From contig NGBS01000599.1 in NCBI GenBank assembly GCA_002245135.1, positions 62,001 through 126,000 of the forward strand: a stretch of DNA of 64,000 bases. The letters are read 5' to 3'. This DNA comes from Proteromonas lacertae (taxonomy: Eukaryota). The notes under the pieces are model-generated. The model was not told the DNA's origin, did not search any database, and saw only the letters and a list, made by a program, of their open reading frames with translations. Made by a program: the position numbers and the translations under genes. Below, piece after piece: positions 1-13,725 of this stretch (positions are counted from its first letter, which is position 1; every line of letters starts with the position of its first letter).

Positions 1-2997
1 TGATTTCGATTGCATTTCAATACTATCTTGTATTAATGTCATCGCTGTTTGAAGATTGTGTTTAATACTCTTTTCAAACTTTATTTGTTCTGATTCAAAA
101 ATCATATTTACATTTTCATTAACAATAATTTCCAACCCAATAAAATCCTCAAATTCAACATCTATATCACCATTATTTACCATAGATAGCTGTATATTTT
201 CTTTTACTGTTGAAATTCTCATATCATCAGAAGAATAAATATAATTAATTGGATGGTAAAGAATTATACAAAATTCATAATTGTGATATATTGTTGGAGA
301 TAATGATGGAGATGTAATAGCTATATTCCTAAAAGACTTTGGAGTTGAGATGAATGATACTTTTTCTTCTTGTTCTGGTTTATAATATTCTGAAATGATA
401 GGGTAATACTGTAAAGAAATAACTTCTTCATTTAGTGTTGAGTTGTATAAATCTATTGTATTATACTCAACTAGTACAAGTTTATCATCACCATCAATGA
501 ATTGGCATTTCATTAAATTCTTAATACTAGAAATTTCACTATACGAATCTATATCATTATCAACAATATTCTCATGATTCTCTACTATAAAATCAGACCT
601 TTGATTATTAATCAACGATAATTCATCTTCTATTATAATAGTTTCTGTACCACTTGTTGTTAATCGTTTCATATCACATTCTCTATTCTCATTAATACTA
701 TCAACACTACTATTAAATGATAAAATCTGCAGTTTGATTGGTTCTTGTATAATGTCAGTTACTGGGTAAATAATTCGACTATATTCTACTGCAGGGTAAT
801 AATATATATCAATTTCTTCTGCAGAAATTGAAAAATCATCATTATCTTTATTTATTATTTCAATTAAATCATTCTCTTTAGTTACAAATGGAGATATTTC
901 TTCAATTGAATTAGTAAGTTCAAACTGGCAAGTTGATGATTGTTGTTGATAGGTGATTGAATGTAAAGGAGATTTAATCTCTTCTAATATACTATCATCT
1001 TTTATATAATTCTCTATTAAATAGTTATTAACATTTAATCTTTCTTTTCTAACATAAGATACAATAGGATTGGATATTTTAACAAGTTGTAAAGGATTGT
1101 ATAAAAGGTTATTTATTTCATATGATTTACACTCATTATTATCCAAATCTACAATAATATCAATCAATTCTTGAGTTAGATGAATCTGTGGATTTGTAGA
1201 AATGTAATTCACTTGTTCATTATCATTATTAAACTCCAATAAAGAAAGTGGCTTATTCTTTAATTCTTCAATATAATTACAATATCCATTTATCTCTTCT
1301 TTAAGGCTTAGACATGTAGTTTGCAATTCTAATTGGTGATTATTCATAAAAGACATTGATTCTTCAAAACTAGTCATTTTCTCTATTAATTCGTTATTAT
1401 TATCTTCATATTGTTGATTTTGTAATAGCAATTGGTTGTTTTGTTCTTTAAACTCGTGATTCTGTTGAAGTAAAACGGAATTCTGTTTTTGAAACTGTTT
1501 ATTTTGTTTAAAAAATCCATATTTTGGTTGTTTATTTCTTCATTTTCATTGTTTAAATTCTGTATTACTTCAACATATTTCTTATTACTTTGCTTAAATT
1601 TATCAATTTCATCATTCAAACTAATTAGTTCATTCTTAAAACATTCATTCTCTTCTTTTGTATTTTCACATTCTAATTTCAGTTTTTCTAATTGTTTTTG
1701 AAGTTCATTCTTTTCATATTTTAATGTACTGATTTGATTCTGTAGATGTGTAGTATTCTCTTTACCAATAGATAGATTCTGTCTTAATTTCAGCAATTTT
1801 GATTGATTGTTTTTCTCATTTTCTTTCATGTCTTTATTATCTGACTGTAATTTTACATATTTTTCTTGTAAATTCTTTAATTTTGTCTGTTCTTTACTTA
1901 TTTTCTGTTGAAAATCATTAATTCTCTTTTCATATATCTCATTATCATTCTGATGTAATTCTATTACTTTTTTCAAATTCTCAAAACTATTATCACTTTT
2001 CATATATACAGTGTTGTATTTTATCAATTTATATACATCTCTTTTTGTTGAATTGAATATATTATTTACTGATTCAACTGTCAAAGTATGTTTCATTTTC
2101 AATTTGTGAAGAACTTCTCTAAAATCTGTAAATAGATTGTTATATTTCTTAGATAAAGAATGATATTGATCTTTCAATTCACTATTCTCTTTAATTAGTA
2201 TTTCATATTCATCTTTCATTGGTTCTAATAACTGATCGTTTGAGAATTGATGTATTTCGCTTGCTAATTTACTGTTTTCTAATTTCATATCACTTATAGA
2301 TGAGGTTAATTCATGATTTTGCCTCTCTAAATTCTTTATTTTTAATTGTAATTGTAATAAATTTGAATCATATTGTTTTTGAATCTGATTAATTGGTGTT
2401 TCATGACTACCATTTAGTTTTGATGGACTTGTTTTACTTAGGTTTGGACTTTTATTAGTTGATGATAATGAGGAAGAAGGTGGAGATTTTTGATTTGAAT
2501 AACTATTTATTCTTGAAGGAGTTGGAGTATTCACTATTTCAATAGAATTACTATTAGCTGATGTAGGAGACTTGGCATTTACTAATTTATATGTATTTTT
2601 CATTAATTTTGTATGAATATTGTGTAAATCTTGTATTTCTGTAGTTAAATTATCAACAGATGTGTTCAATTTGTAATTAATCGATTTAGGAGTAGTAACT
2701 ACCGAAATACTATGAGACTATAAGCAATAAAAATATAAGCAAATATAATTATACCGTATTCGGTGAGTTAGATTCATTTCTATGTGTAGTAGGTGTCTTT
2801 GGATTCTAGGCATATAATATTAGTTATGATAATACATTTACAGATTCTGAAAATTTATTTTCATGATAAGGTAAATGATTAGAACTTTTTGCTAAATCTT
2901 GTAATAATGGTATATCTTTTTGTGATATTGGTAAAGGCGAAGTAGTAGCTATAGTTGTAATATAAATAATTGTGTTTGGACTTCTTGATTTTGACAT
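1..2997 (-). CDS. Large coiled-coil protein, unknown function; 3' end runs off the window
   Basis: ATG at 2997 (MSKSRSPN). GT-AG introns 2841-2806 and 2754-2718 join the upstream exons in frame to ORF 1386-2669. A 1-nt frameshift near 1505-1515 (homopolymers) continues into a frame that appears open to position 1. Confidence 0.7.
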
Positions 2998-3152
2998 AAT
3001 CTTCAAAAACAGAATCTAACAGTTTTCGAAACGAATTTATTTTTGAATTTATTTTATTCTTTTTTTGATTTTGAATGCCAATAGATAAATTTCGCTTAGA
3101 TACAATAATAACTGCATATTGCAAGGAAGATGAATGTCCAAGAAAGGAGAGG

Positions 3153-4726
3153 ATGCTTTCAATCACTTCAGAAGAAGTATATGTTTCTATTTACATTTAT
3201 GAATAGTTTGAAGAGATTAAAAAGAAATTCAATGAAGAACAAAAGCATTTAAGCATATTCACAAAACCAGTAAAATCAATATACATATTTACTAAAATCT
3301 GCTTATCCTATTGTAACCAATTTATAAAATATTGTATTAACAACAAGAAAAAAACATATAGTATACTTTCAATTAATCATAATATGTAGTTGGAGTCTTA
3401 ATACTCTTTTTCCTATTTCTATTTTGGAATGTGCCAGATGCTCTACTAGGACCTTTTTCAGATTTAAGAGGATGGATTGTTTATAATATTAACTACATAT
3501 TTGGTTGGGTAATTTTAGGAATTATGTCTTCAGTCGGTCTTGGGACTGGATTACACACTTTTCTACTATTTTTAGGTCCACATATCATACGAGTGGCAAT
3601 AACAGCAGGAGAATGTGATAGTACAGATTTTGATACTTCAATCGAATGGTTTCATGGCTATAATCTATTAAAGATAATAAATTATTCAGAAAATTCATTT
3701 CAATGTAAAATTAATCCGTTAACACATGGTGCAAGTTTTTGGCAAATATTACAGAAAGTAGAATGGAGTTGTTTATTATGGGGTGCAGGAACAGCTATAG
3801 GAGAATTACCCCCATATTTTGTAGCTCGACAGGCTCGACTCAGTGGTGAAAAAATAAATGAATTGAATGAAATAAGCGATACAGATTCAAAGAATAATAA
3901 GAATAGTAAAAGTTCTTTAATGAATAGAATAAAGAAGAAGATATATGATTATGTTCAAAACTTTGGATTTTTTGCAATTTTAATCTTCGCCTCAATACCT
4001 AATCCTTTATTTGATTTAGCTGGTTTAACATGTGGCCATTTTCTTATTCCTTTTTGGACATTTTTTGGAGCAACGCTAATAGGAAAATCTTTAATCAAGT
4101 CAAATATTCAAGGAATGTTTTATATAGCATTATTTAATAGAGTTACTTTAGAATATATTTCATCATTTATTGATAATTATATTCCAATATTCAAAGGTAC
4201 ATTACAAGATATATTGAATTCAAGCAGTGATTTTGCAATGAAAAGTTGTTTAAATAAAGATTTATATTCAACAATCGAGAAATGTTCAACTTGTTGTGAT
4301 AATATGTTGAAAGATAAATCACATCAACAAAGATGTTATGATAAATGTAAAATAAGTGTGAATGGTGATATAAACTCTGCAGCTTCTTCATCTTCATGGT
4401 TAGGTTCACTTTGGGAGTTGTTTATTACATTAATGATATTGTATTTTCTAGTTTCAATAATTAATTCAATGGTGAAAGAAAGTGAAGCTAATAAATATCA
4501 AAGAATCTTATCCAAAATGAGTGAAAATGTAAAAGATGCTAATTCAATTAGTCCATTATTAACTACTAGTCCAAAACAATCGAATTATAATAACAATGAT
4601 AATATGAATAATAATGGAAGTGTTAGTATAGTTATTAACGATTCTGCTTATAGAAGAGTTAAAACTCCTGGTACTAATCCTATTATAAATAATAATACAA
4701 TATCACCAGTTGATATAATTATTTAG
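3153..4726 (+). CDS. VMP1: Vacuole membrane protein 1 (VMP1/KMS1, DedA/VTT superfamily)
   Basis: Motifs SSVGLGTGLHTFLLFLGPHI, WGAGTAIGELPPYFVAR and ASIPNPLFDLAGLTCGHF. Introns 3177-3206 (30 nt) and 3361-3389 (29 nt) give an in-frame start at 3153. Confidence 0.93.
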
Positions 4727-4739
4727 ATAAATATAATCA

Positions 4740-5495
4740 TTAGTATTGTGATATATTGCATATACCACTTCTAGTTGTTTTAACTCCAATATGTTTAAAA
4801 GGATATTCAATACCTTTATTATCATTTTTATACTCCCAGAAAATATATCCAATGTGATAATTCATTTTCATACATCTTCTAGCAGTTTGAAACTCAGAAC
4901 CTGCATAATCCATTTTCTTTAAATAAATTGATTTATAAATTGATGCACCATTTGTGTAACAAAATCCTTTCCAAGGTTGAATTACTTCATAATAAGTTAT
5001 ATTCAGCTTTTTATACTTTCTTTTTGTAGAGTTGCCTTTGGGATGATGTCTTAAATACAAACCATATATATAATCTGAATTTGATAGAATCATAATACTT
5101 GTATATAAAAAATTACTAAATTTAATTCTCTTTTCTATGTTCTTCATTATTACCCAATCTTCTTCTACAATAAGAATATATTTTTTGTATAAATAAGAAA
5201 ATAACAAACGAAAAGAATTAGCATATCCTGCTGGGTTTAAATAAAAGATATTTTTAAGATTATAATATGAAAATAAAAATTCTCTGTTAGGAGTACCTTG
5301 ATCAATATTTATTATAGTATATTTCATTCTTTTATCATAATCATTGAAATGATTATATATACTTATAATACTTAAATTTAGATAAAATAATCTGTTGCAC
5401 GATATGAAGGCTATGACTAATTCATAATGATATAACTTATTTGTATATACATAATATAATATAAATAAAAGAATAAAATAAGGAATAATAATTGT
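4740..5495 (-). CDS. GT2-like (GT-A fold) glycosyltransferase; start codon unclear
   Basis: Frame is open upstream of ATG 5327 (ELVIAFISCNRLFYL); motifs IDQGT and ILIVEEDW; hydrophobic N-terminus. Confidence 0.55.
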   Translation of the reverse strand, partial: TIIIPYFILLFILYYVYTNKLYHYELVIAFISCNRLFYLNLSIISIYNHFNDYDKRMKYTIINIDQGTPNREFLFSYYNLKNIFYLNPAGYANSFRLLFSYLYKKYILIVEEDWVIMKNIEKRIKFSNFLYTSIMILSNSDYIYGLYLRHHPKGNSTKRKYKKLNITYYEVIQPWKGFCYTNGASIYKSIYLKKMDYAGSEFQTARRCMKMNYHIGYIFWEYKNDNKGIEYPFKHIGVKTTRSGICNISQY

Positions 5496-5515
5496 CTATT
5501 TTAATTATCTATGTC

Positions 5516-7329
5516 ATGAATTATAGAAATGATATACAAGAATTAAGATCTGTTGCTTTTTTTTAGTTTTTATTTATCATTATAACAGTAATTATATTCC
5601 CGGTGGTTTTATAGGTGTAGATATTTTTTTTGTAATATCTGGCTATATAATAACACTTAGTTTATTTAAATTCACTAAATCATACAATGGAATTTTTGAA
5701 TTCTATTCAAGAAGAATAAAAAGACTATTTCCTTCCAGTATTTGTTGTTTGATATGCTATTATTATTATCATCCTACAATTGATAAAAATAGCTACAATG
5801 AAATAAGACATTATTATGATATTATTTCTTGTTTGTTATGTATTTCAAATATTAGATACTACAAAGTAACATTCAGCTATTTTCAAAGTGAAAATCTTCC
5901 AATTATTCTAAACTATTGGTCATTATCACTTGAAGAACAATTTTATTTTATATATCCTTATTTCTATTTTCATTTTAATAATGTGATTGAGATAATCATT
6001 CTATTATTTGGAATAAGCTTTATAAAATGTATAATATCAACATATTTAAATAATCCATCATCATATTATTTGCTTAGTAACAGAGCATGGGAAATACTAT
6101 TAGGATGTATAGTAAGCAAAGCGAATTTAAATTGCTATTTAGAATCAAAAGTCATAGTTTGTTCTTTAATTATTTCTTCATATATAATTGGAATATTCAA
6201 TAGAATGAAATTTCCTGGTTTTATAGCACTATTACCTACAATATTAACTTCACAACTATTAATACGAAAGAATGATGAGTTATTTAGAAGCAGAATATTA
6301 GATAAAATTGGAAGTATGTCTTATATTCTATATTTATTTCATTATCCAATTATTCGCAACAATAATAGTCTTTCTATTATAATAATTAAGCTTCTTTTGA
6401 TTTCATACATTTTATACACATATTTAGAGTTACCATTGAGATATATTTATTATTACAGATATATAAACTCTTTGTGCGTTGTAATTACTTTTATTGTTTT
6501 AGTATCTTTATTAAAATCAATAAAAGTTATTGAAAGAAATCAAATGAATATTTTAAACAACAATAACAAATTTTGTACAACACCTAAAAAGTGTAATTAT
6601 AATATAAATAATGTAGTATTTAATGATAAAACACTGATTTTAATAGGTGATTCTCATCTAGATCAGTATTTATCTGTTATAATTAATTTATTGAGTAATT
6701 ATAAAATAGATAAAATATTATATATACAAACTTGGATTATTAATTTAGAAAAGAATTTCAAACAATTAACTAATTACCTTCATAATATAAAGAGAATAAA
6801 TTTGTGTTTAATATCATTGTATGTAGACTATCAATTTCTTTTTACAAATAAATATAAATTTGAAGAAGGTTTTAAATTCTTTATACAAAACATTATTAAC
6901 AAAACAGATGGAATAATTATATTTCAAGATAATCCTCATAGATTTAGATTAAATGACACAATATGCAGGCAAGATTTATTACCAATAATAAATGATAAAA
7001 GAATTATTTATATAAATATATTTCTAAGCTATTGTAATGGTAATAAATCTTGTTTAAATAGAATCTTCACAAAAGTGATTTTTAAGGATATGAATCATTT
7101 AAATAAATTATATGTGTGCAAATCAATATTAATACATAGACTAATTAATCAAGCATTATCAAAAATATTAAAAAAAGGATATAATAAGGAAATATTATGT
7201 TTTGCACTAAACATTATATACATTTCAAAAGATAATAATGATATTATAAAGTATTACAAATTCATCACAATGAAAATGGGCAGAAACAATATGTTTGGAT
7301 TTGTAGAATTACCCAAGTTTAACTATTAA
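5516..7329 (+). CDS. OafA/YrhL-type O-acyltransferase (Acyl_transf_3 + SGNH), frameshifted at a T8 run
   Basis: MNYRNDIQELR, GGFIGVDIFFVISGY, FYSRRIKRLFP, YWSLSLEEQFY, GDSH, DMNHL. One extra T at 5557-5564 would restore the frame. Confidence 0.85.
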
Positions 7330-7476
7330 TTTATATTTTGTATTAATTCATATAATTGAATAAAACAAATCTTAAAATTAATATTACAATATACTTTTAT
7401 AAAATTAGAAAGCAAGCGAAAATTGAATGAAAATAATAATATTTACTAAAAATAATGTATAAGAGTAAATTATTAA

Positions 7477-8277
7477 TTACTTGGAAAAGTAAAGTATATT
7501 ATTCTTTAACCACCATATTTTAGTAGCATTTTTAAGTGTATATGTTATAGTATAATTATATTTTAAGCCCCTTTTCTCAAATATGTTTATTACATCCTCT
7601 CTATTTCTATTATTTACATGAAAATGTCCTGGTTGACCTATTTTACTCCATGTTATTAATAATCCTTTTCTACAACATTTTATTAAGTTAGTAATATATA
7701 TATCTTCATATTCTTTTGGAATATGTTCAGCAACTTCTATTGACATTACTATATCATAATTGCATTGAAATTGTATTGGTTCAGCCAAATTTAAGTATTT
7801 CACTTTTCCATTTGTAATATCTTCAATATTCACTGAACCATCATACTCATCACATTTCTTTGCTTTCTTTGATATTATAGGGCAATACCAACCCAAACCA
7901 GATCCAAGATCTATTACTGTCTTATCTTTAAACAAATCTTGTAATTTAATAGACAAGCTACTATCATGAACGTTGTTACCACCTACATATATTTTATCTT
8001 TTTTTAAACAAAATCCACCCCAGTATCCTATTCCTTTACATTCACATGATAAATAGTTCATATAATTAACATATTCTTTTTTATTGGTTATATTATATCG
8101 CATAATGTTAGTTATATTACAATTTGATAATAAGACAGACATATCATTTAATAATGTATAGTTTGTAATATTTTTATTAATATTATTCAAATTGATGCTA
8201 TTGTAAAATATAGATCTAATAATTATTACTAATATTATCAACAGAACAATAAAAGTAATATATTTAAATAAAATCAT
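7477..8277 (-). CDS. Membrane-anchored class I SAM-dependent methyltransferase
   Basis: N-terminal TM segment; VIDLGSGLG motif I; SIEVAEHI; GQPGHFHVN. Confidence 0.85.
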   Translation of the reverse strand: MILFKYITFIVLLIILVIIIRSIFYNSINLNNINKNITNYTLLNDMSVLLSNCNITNIMRYNITNKKEYVNYMNYLSCECKGIGYWGGFCLKKDKIYVGGNNVHDSSLSIKLQDLFKDKTVIDLGSGLGWYCPIISKKAKKCDEYDGSVNIEDITNGKVKYLNLAEPIQFQCNYDIVMSIEVAEHIPKEYEDIYITNLIKCCRKGLLITWSKIGQPGHFHVNNRNREDVINIFEKRGLKYNYTITYTLKNATKIWWLKNNILYFSK

Positions 8278-8329
8278 TGTGATTAAATCTTCATTCAACC
8301 ATTTTATGTTATTAGTTGATAATAAGATA

Positions 8330-9770
8330 TGATATATATTTTTTAAGATGAATTTCTATGATTTAATCATATTATATCATTATAATATAGATATTTTCCA
8401 AGGTGGATATTTAGGTGTAGATATATTACTGATAGTTACAAGTTTTCTTAATATAATTACATATTACCTAATCTGAAGAGACACAATTTTTATAATGTTG
8501 AATATATAGTTAGAAATAGCAAAAGGCTATTTTTTTAATCTCTTTTTATAGTTCTCTTTTGTAGAAAATATATAGTTCATTATTTTGATATGAGTTCTAT
8601 ACTATTTTTTAAATTAAATGATTATTACTACATAAAACACACAGACTATTTTCATAATTATGATAATCCTTCACCTTTTCTATATTAATAATACTATTAG
8701 AGCTTATCATTGGAATATCAATTCTATATTATAATACTATTAACATTAGTGTTTAGATTTTTAAAAAATATTATTGTATTTCTAATTATATTATCTTCTA
8801 CACTAAATTATTACAATATTGATAATGATAATATATATTGTTATTACTGCTTATTACCAAGGTTGTATCAATTCTTGATTTCATATTTTATTCATTTCAA
8901 GAAAGAAATTAATATTTCTGGCTATAGTTCAATTTTATTTACTTAATTTCATAATGCAGCGATATTTTTGTGTAATAATACATATTATTATTCACACTTT
9001 GTATATACATTTTAATTAGTATTATAATTAATTATAGTCTTCTTAATTAGTAATTAATTTGGAGAAGAAAGATTTTAAACCTAGGTTCAAAATTTGAACC
9101 TTAGGTCTAAATCAAAAATTTCATTAATTTGTATATACAATTTTCAAAAATATCTTATTCAATATCCATGTAAAATTGTAGTTAATCAAAGTAATTGCTC
9201 CAAAATACTGTTAATAGGAGACTCTCATAAAGATCAATGAATATGCGGTATATATAATATCATATATTTTAATGCAGAAAAGGATATATCATTATTTAGA
9301 ATAGATCATATATTATCAGCAATAGAAAAAAATAAAAATATTAAGCTAATAATAATGTGTAGCTTTAAATATAGTTATGAGTTTAAAAATAGTGAGAGAT
9401 TTATTAACAACTTCAATAAGTATTATATTCATCTCCAAAAACATTTACTGAAATTTAGCAATAACATAGTAGCTATAAATGATAATCCGCATTTGCTATA
9501 TTAGGAGTAAATTGTGCTATATCTGATTTATCTTCTTTTAATCATAAAAATATAAGAAAATGTGATATGAATAAACATTTGTGTATTAACAAAAAATGTA
9601 CATACATAATAAATAATGATATTGTTTATGTTGATAAACATTATTTAACTCCTAATATTGTTAAATATATCAAAAAATAAATTGATTGCATAACTATACC
9701 TCAACACAAAAATATTCATTTTTTGCAATATTGATAAGGGTTGCAAATATTACATTCAAGAATAATACTC
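8330..9770 (+). pseudogene. Degraded OafA-type acyltransferase
   Basis: Remnant motifs FQGGYLGVDI (~8395-8425), SLSLEYQFY, LLIGDSHKDQ* (~9208-9240) and VYVDKHYL, with many stops and frameshifts. Confidence 0.75.
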
Positions 9771-9943
9771 ATTATAATTACTAACACTTATTTCAACACT
9801 ATTTTATAATTTGAGCTATTTAGCTTATTCTTTATTTTGTCTACTGATCCTAAATAAATATAACTATAATTGTATTTTTTAATTACATTGCAGTTATAAT
9901 AATAATCTCTCTTCTTTTGTCTCTAGTTTATATATTAGATAAT

Positions 9944-10727
9944 CTATACAATAACTAATTTGGTTTTTTCTCTACTCAATATACTTAAGTGAACTGCCAT
10001 TATAAAATCAGTACCATCAAAAACATATCTATTATTTCTTTTTAATGCTAGTGATACGATAATATTATCATATCTGACACGTCCTACAACAATTTCATTG
10101 AGAATAAATTTATCGGCAGAAGAAAATGTTGATTGCGTAAAAATAAAATAGTCAATTCCTTTGCCTGAATGAATCTTGCAAGTTTTCCATAAATCTGTAT
10201 GCCTTTTTGCTAGATATACATTTTTCCAATATATATCACCCCTTTTACCAACAATTAGTATTCTTTTATTATGAAGATAATTATTCCTCAATATGTTTAT
10301 TATTATCATAATATTTTTTGAAAATAAAATATCTGAGTTAAAATAAATCAAAATTTTACTGTGAAAGATTGATATAGATTTATCAATCATTGGGTAAAAA
10401 AATGGAGTTCCATAACTATTATTGCTATTAATAATTATTTCATACTATATACCTAGTAATTTTGATTATTCTACATTCTCTACATTTCAAATTATAAAAT
10501 TGAATATTAGTTTGAATGTATATAATTATTAACCCCCTGTTTCCTATAAAAGACCTAATATTTGATAATACTATTTTAAAAATATAATCATTATAGTATA
10601 ATATTGGTGGTAATGATGTAATGAATGAATAAAAGTATATATTGTTCACATATATATTATAGAATATTCGTAGAATAATAGAAATATTTAAAAAGAAAAG
10701 AAATGAAAATACATATTTTCTATTCAT
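9944..10727 (-). CDS. Type II membrane protein, putative GT-A glycosyltransferase (2 exons)
   Basis: A 28-nt intron (10452-10425) joins the two ORFs in frame (…ITSNNSYGTPFFYPM…); motifs YFNSDIL, GIDYFIF and VGRVRYDN. Confidence 0.6.
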
Positions 10728-10937
10728 TATAATATTCTAAATACATTATTTAATAAAATTACATATGAAGAAAATAAATATGGGAGTAGAGCATATTCAT
10801 ATAATAAACAAAATTCTTTCAGTTTAATATGAACAATTAGTATTAAATATTATTAATTCAATGAATAATATACTTTATTCTCCTATGCTTATATGATATG
10901 TAATAAATATGAAATTAGATTTTTAAGAAGAGTTTAA

Positions 10938-12248
10938 TCACCAATATTCAGGTATTTCTAAGTATTTATTTGTTTCATTAATATAGTTAATTCTTCCCAT
11001 TTCAAAATATGGTATGTTGCTATTATTTTTACTTGTAGATCTCAATTCATCAATTAATCGATTTATATTGCTGTTTCTAGTACCAATAAATAAAATGCAT
11101 TTCAAGGATATTTCAATATCACTAATTATATTAAATATATGATTATCTTTCCAATTACTTATATTATCATTATATCGTGAGTAATTTAAATAACATATAG
11201 GATAGTCTAATTGAATGAATGTATTTATTACATCCCTATCATCTGTTGATAAATATATCACAAATTTCTTACCAATAATCCTTGTTATCAGCTTAATAGC
11301 AGAAAAATATTTCTCTGTTTCAATTAATTTCATTTCTTTATACTTATCTCCATGTCTTACCCACACATTAATGCATGGATTAGATAGTAAACTATTCAGA
11401 TTATTATTACATATATAATATTTATGAAATTGTTTATTCACAATTAATTTTGTTTTATCTTTTAATTTATATATATATTTCGAAGATTGTGTTCTCCAAT
11501 AATGAAGATAGTAAGAAGGATGAATTGGTGATTTTATTAAGAAATTATAAACATAGTCAGGAATTACATATCTTGGATATTTATTTATGTAATTAGATGT
11601 TTTTTGATAAACATATTTATTATTACTGAAAGCATCATATGATTTATTTAATTCATTATTTTTAGGAATTATATTACAGTTTGTTAATGGATATATATAT
11701 TTATTTAGCATTGTATTGTGTATTAATGCAATTCTATTACTATTTAGCGCTAATGCTAAAAATGACCCCATAACATGTATTTGTGAGCCAAAACCAGATC
11801 CCCAATATGGTATTATTAAATATTTCTTATTATAACAATTAATAGGATTTTGCTTCTTAAATATCCAATTCTGAATAACCTCTGATCCATATAATTCTTC
11901 TGATTCGTTTATGCATCTATAAAAATCTGAAATATAGGATCTATGGGTTTTTATTATTCCATTATTGCATTTAATAGATTGAGTTGTGTTTAATATTGTA
12001 TTACACACTTCACAATTAGAAGAATGATATAATCTATCATAGAATTGAAATCCATATGTATAATTGTTTAATATAATTTTACTTGTGTTGCATTTATTTA
12101 TTTCTATAGTATTTATACATTTTGTATATAAATAATTGTAATTATAATCATTATTATTACTGCTTGCATAATATGAGAAAAATTTACCCAATAAATTATA
12201 TAACTGCAAAAACAATAACAATAATAAGAATTTTATATATATAAACAT
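10938..12248 (-). CDS. Alpha-1,6-fucosyltransferase-like protein (GT23/FUT8-NodZ group)
   Basis: GFGSQIH, VWVRHGDK (motif I), YLSTDD (motif II), FIGTRNSNINR (motif III); N-terminal anchor. Confidence 0.82.
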   Translation of the reverse strand: MFIYIKFLLLLLFLQLYNLLGKFFSYYASSNNNDYNYNYLYTKCINTIEINKCNTSKIILNNYTYGFQFYDRLYHSSNCEVCNTILNTTQSIKCNNGIIKTHRSYISDFYRCINESEELYGSEVIQNWIFKKQNPINCYNKKYLIIPYWGSGFGSQIHVMGSFLALALNSNRIALIHNTMLNKYIYPLTNCNIIPKNNELNKSYDAFSNNKYVYQKTSNYINKYPRYVIPDYVYNFLIKSPIHPSYYLHYWRTQSSKYIYKLKDKTKLIVNKQFHKYYICNNNLNSLLSNPCINVWVRHGDKYKEMKLIETEKYFSAIKLITRIIGKKFVIYLSTDDRDVINTFIQLDYPICYLNYSRYNDNISNWKDNHIFNIISDIEISLKCILFIGTRNSNINRLIDELRSTSKNNSNIPYFEMGRINYINETNKYLEIPEYW

Positions 12249-12290
12249 AAATAGTCTAAATCATGATAGAATTTTTTATGTAATAAAAAG

Positions 12291-12862
12291 CAGGGTTGTA
12301 TAAATATGGTTTTAGGTGAAACCTATAATCTAGCTTTGACTATCGGCAGGTCAAACCTCGAGTATTATTTTGTTAAAATCTATTTTAATTACTTACTGAG
12401 TAACAATATAAAATATTTATCCTCATTCCTGTTTTACTTTAATTACCATAATTATGACAAAGATTAGTAGAAATTGTAAAAATATCTATTCTGATGCATT
12501 AAAATTCATCTGCAAACTACTCAATAGTTATATTTAACATATTTATAAACAAATTGTTTTTTTGTTGATTTATTTATATTGATTGCTATCTCTAAAAAAC
12601 AAACTTAAATGTAATTATAACAATAAATCTCTATTTCTGGATATTAATAATTTCTCTTTAATAAGTCTCTTGCTTTCTAAGTTTCTGAAAATAAATAATC
12701 ATTATAAACCTATCTTCAAGGTAAAGTTTATCTTAGTTTGAAGCAAAACCTTCTAAATTCTAGTGAGCCTAATATTGTATAAGTAAGGTAAAGGTCAAGC
12801 TAAAGATATAGGTTTTGACGTATAGGCAAAACTATATTTTTTGACAGATAAATACAACACTG
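12291..12862. mobile_element. Degenerate MITE-like element with CAG(G/T)GTTGTAT ends
   Basis: Imperfect inverted ends CAGGGTTGTAT…ATACAACACTG with inverted subterminal AAACCTATA…TAGCTTGAC blocks. A related sequence lies at ~29590-29660. No clean TSD. Confidence 0.45.
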
Positions 12863-13039
12863 ATAAATAGTATTATAATAATGATTTCAATAAAATACTA
12901 CATTCTTTCTTACCAAAAAATATACATCAATCATGCATCAATAAATTGTATTAATTTCTTTGTAATAAGGTTTTATACCAAAAAAAATACAAGGAAAATT
13001 CAATAGACAAATAGCAATACAAGGTTTAATTTTATAATT

Positions 13040-13560
13040 TTATACTATGTGATATTTACTTTTTATATAATTAATATAAGAAATGTTAATTTTCTTTATA
13101 TAGTTTGTGTAATCACTCCATAACTTTGATGATACTAAATGTTTGGATAATGATAGTTTATCATTTTTGCAACTTAAATTATTCATTGCAATATGAATAC
13201 ACTCAATATTACAAAATAATAGTAATGTAAATGATAAATGCGCATCTTCAGCTGCATTTTTACAATAAATTTTGTTAAACCACATTAAATAGAGCCACTT
13301 TCTATAAACAATTAATGGTGTTGCACACCATCTTAAACCATTTTTATAACCTATACGAGGTGATATTAATTTAATTTGTTTGTATTTTATTTGTTCAATC
13401 CAATCAAGATGAGAATTATGACTTAATATATTAAAAGAATTACATTTCTATCAAATATAATGACAGAGTTGAAATATATCAATTCTTTACTGTATGAATA
13501 AAAAACCATAAACTTGATAAAACAAATTTAAAGATATTATAAATGAGTATAAGTAAATGG
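13040..13560 (-). pseudogene. Remnant of a probable glycosyltransferase-like gene
   Basis: Short ORF (…AAEDAHLSFTL…) with broken upstream frames, located inside the glycan cluster. Confidence 0.3.
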
Positions 13561-13725
13561 AATTTCTATAATAATATTAAAGAAAAATCCATATATTAAT
13601 ATTTTTGAAAATTATATACATATACAGCTTTTCGAATAATTTAAATGAAAATAGGGCTGTATAAATCGGTCTGCGTATGGAGGTCTGGCTGAAACTATTA
13701 ATATAATCTTGGAAAATATTTATTT

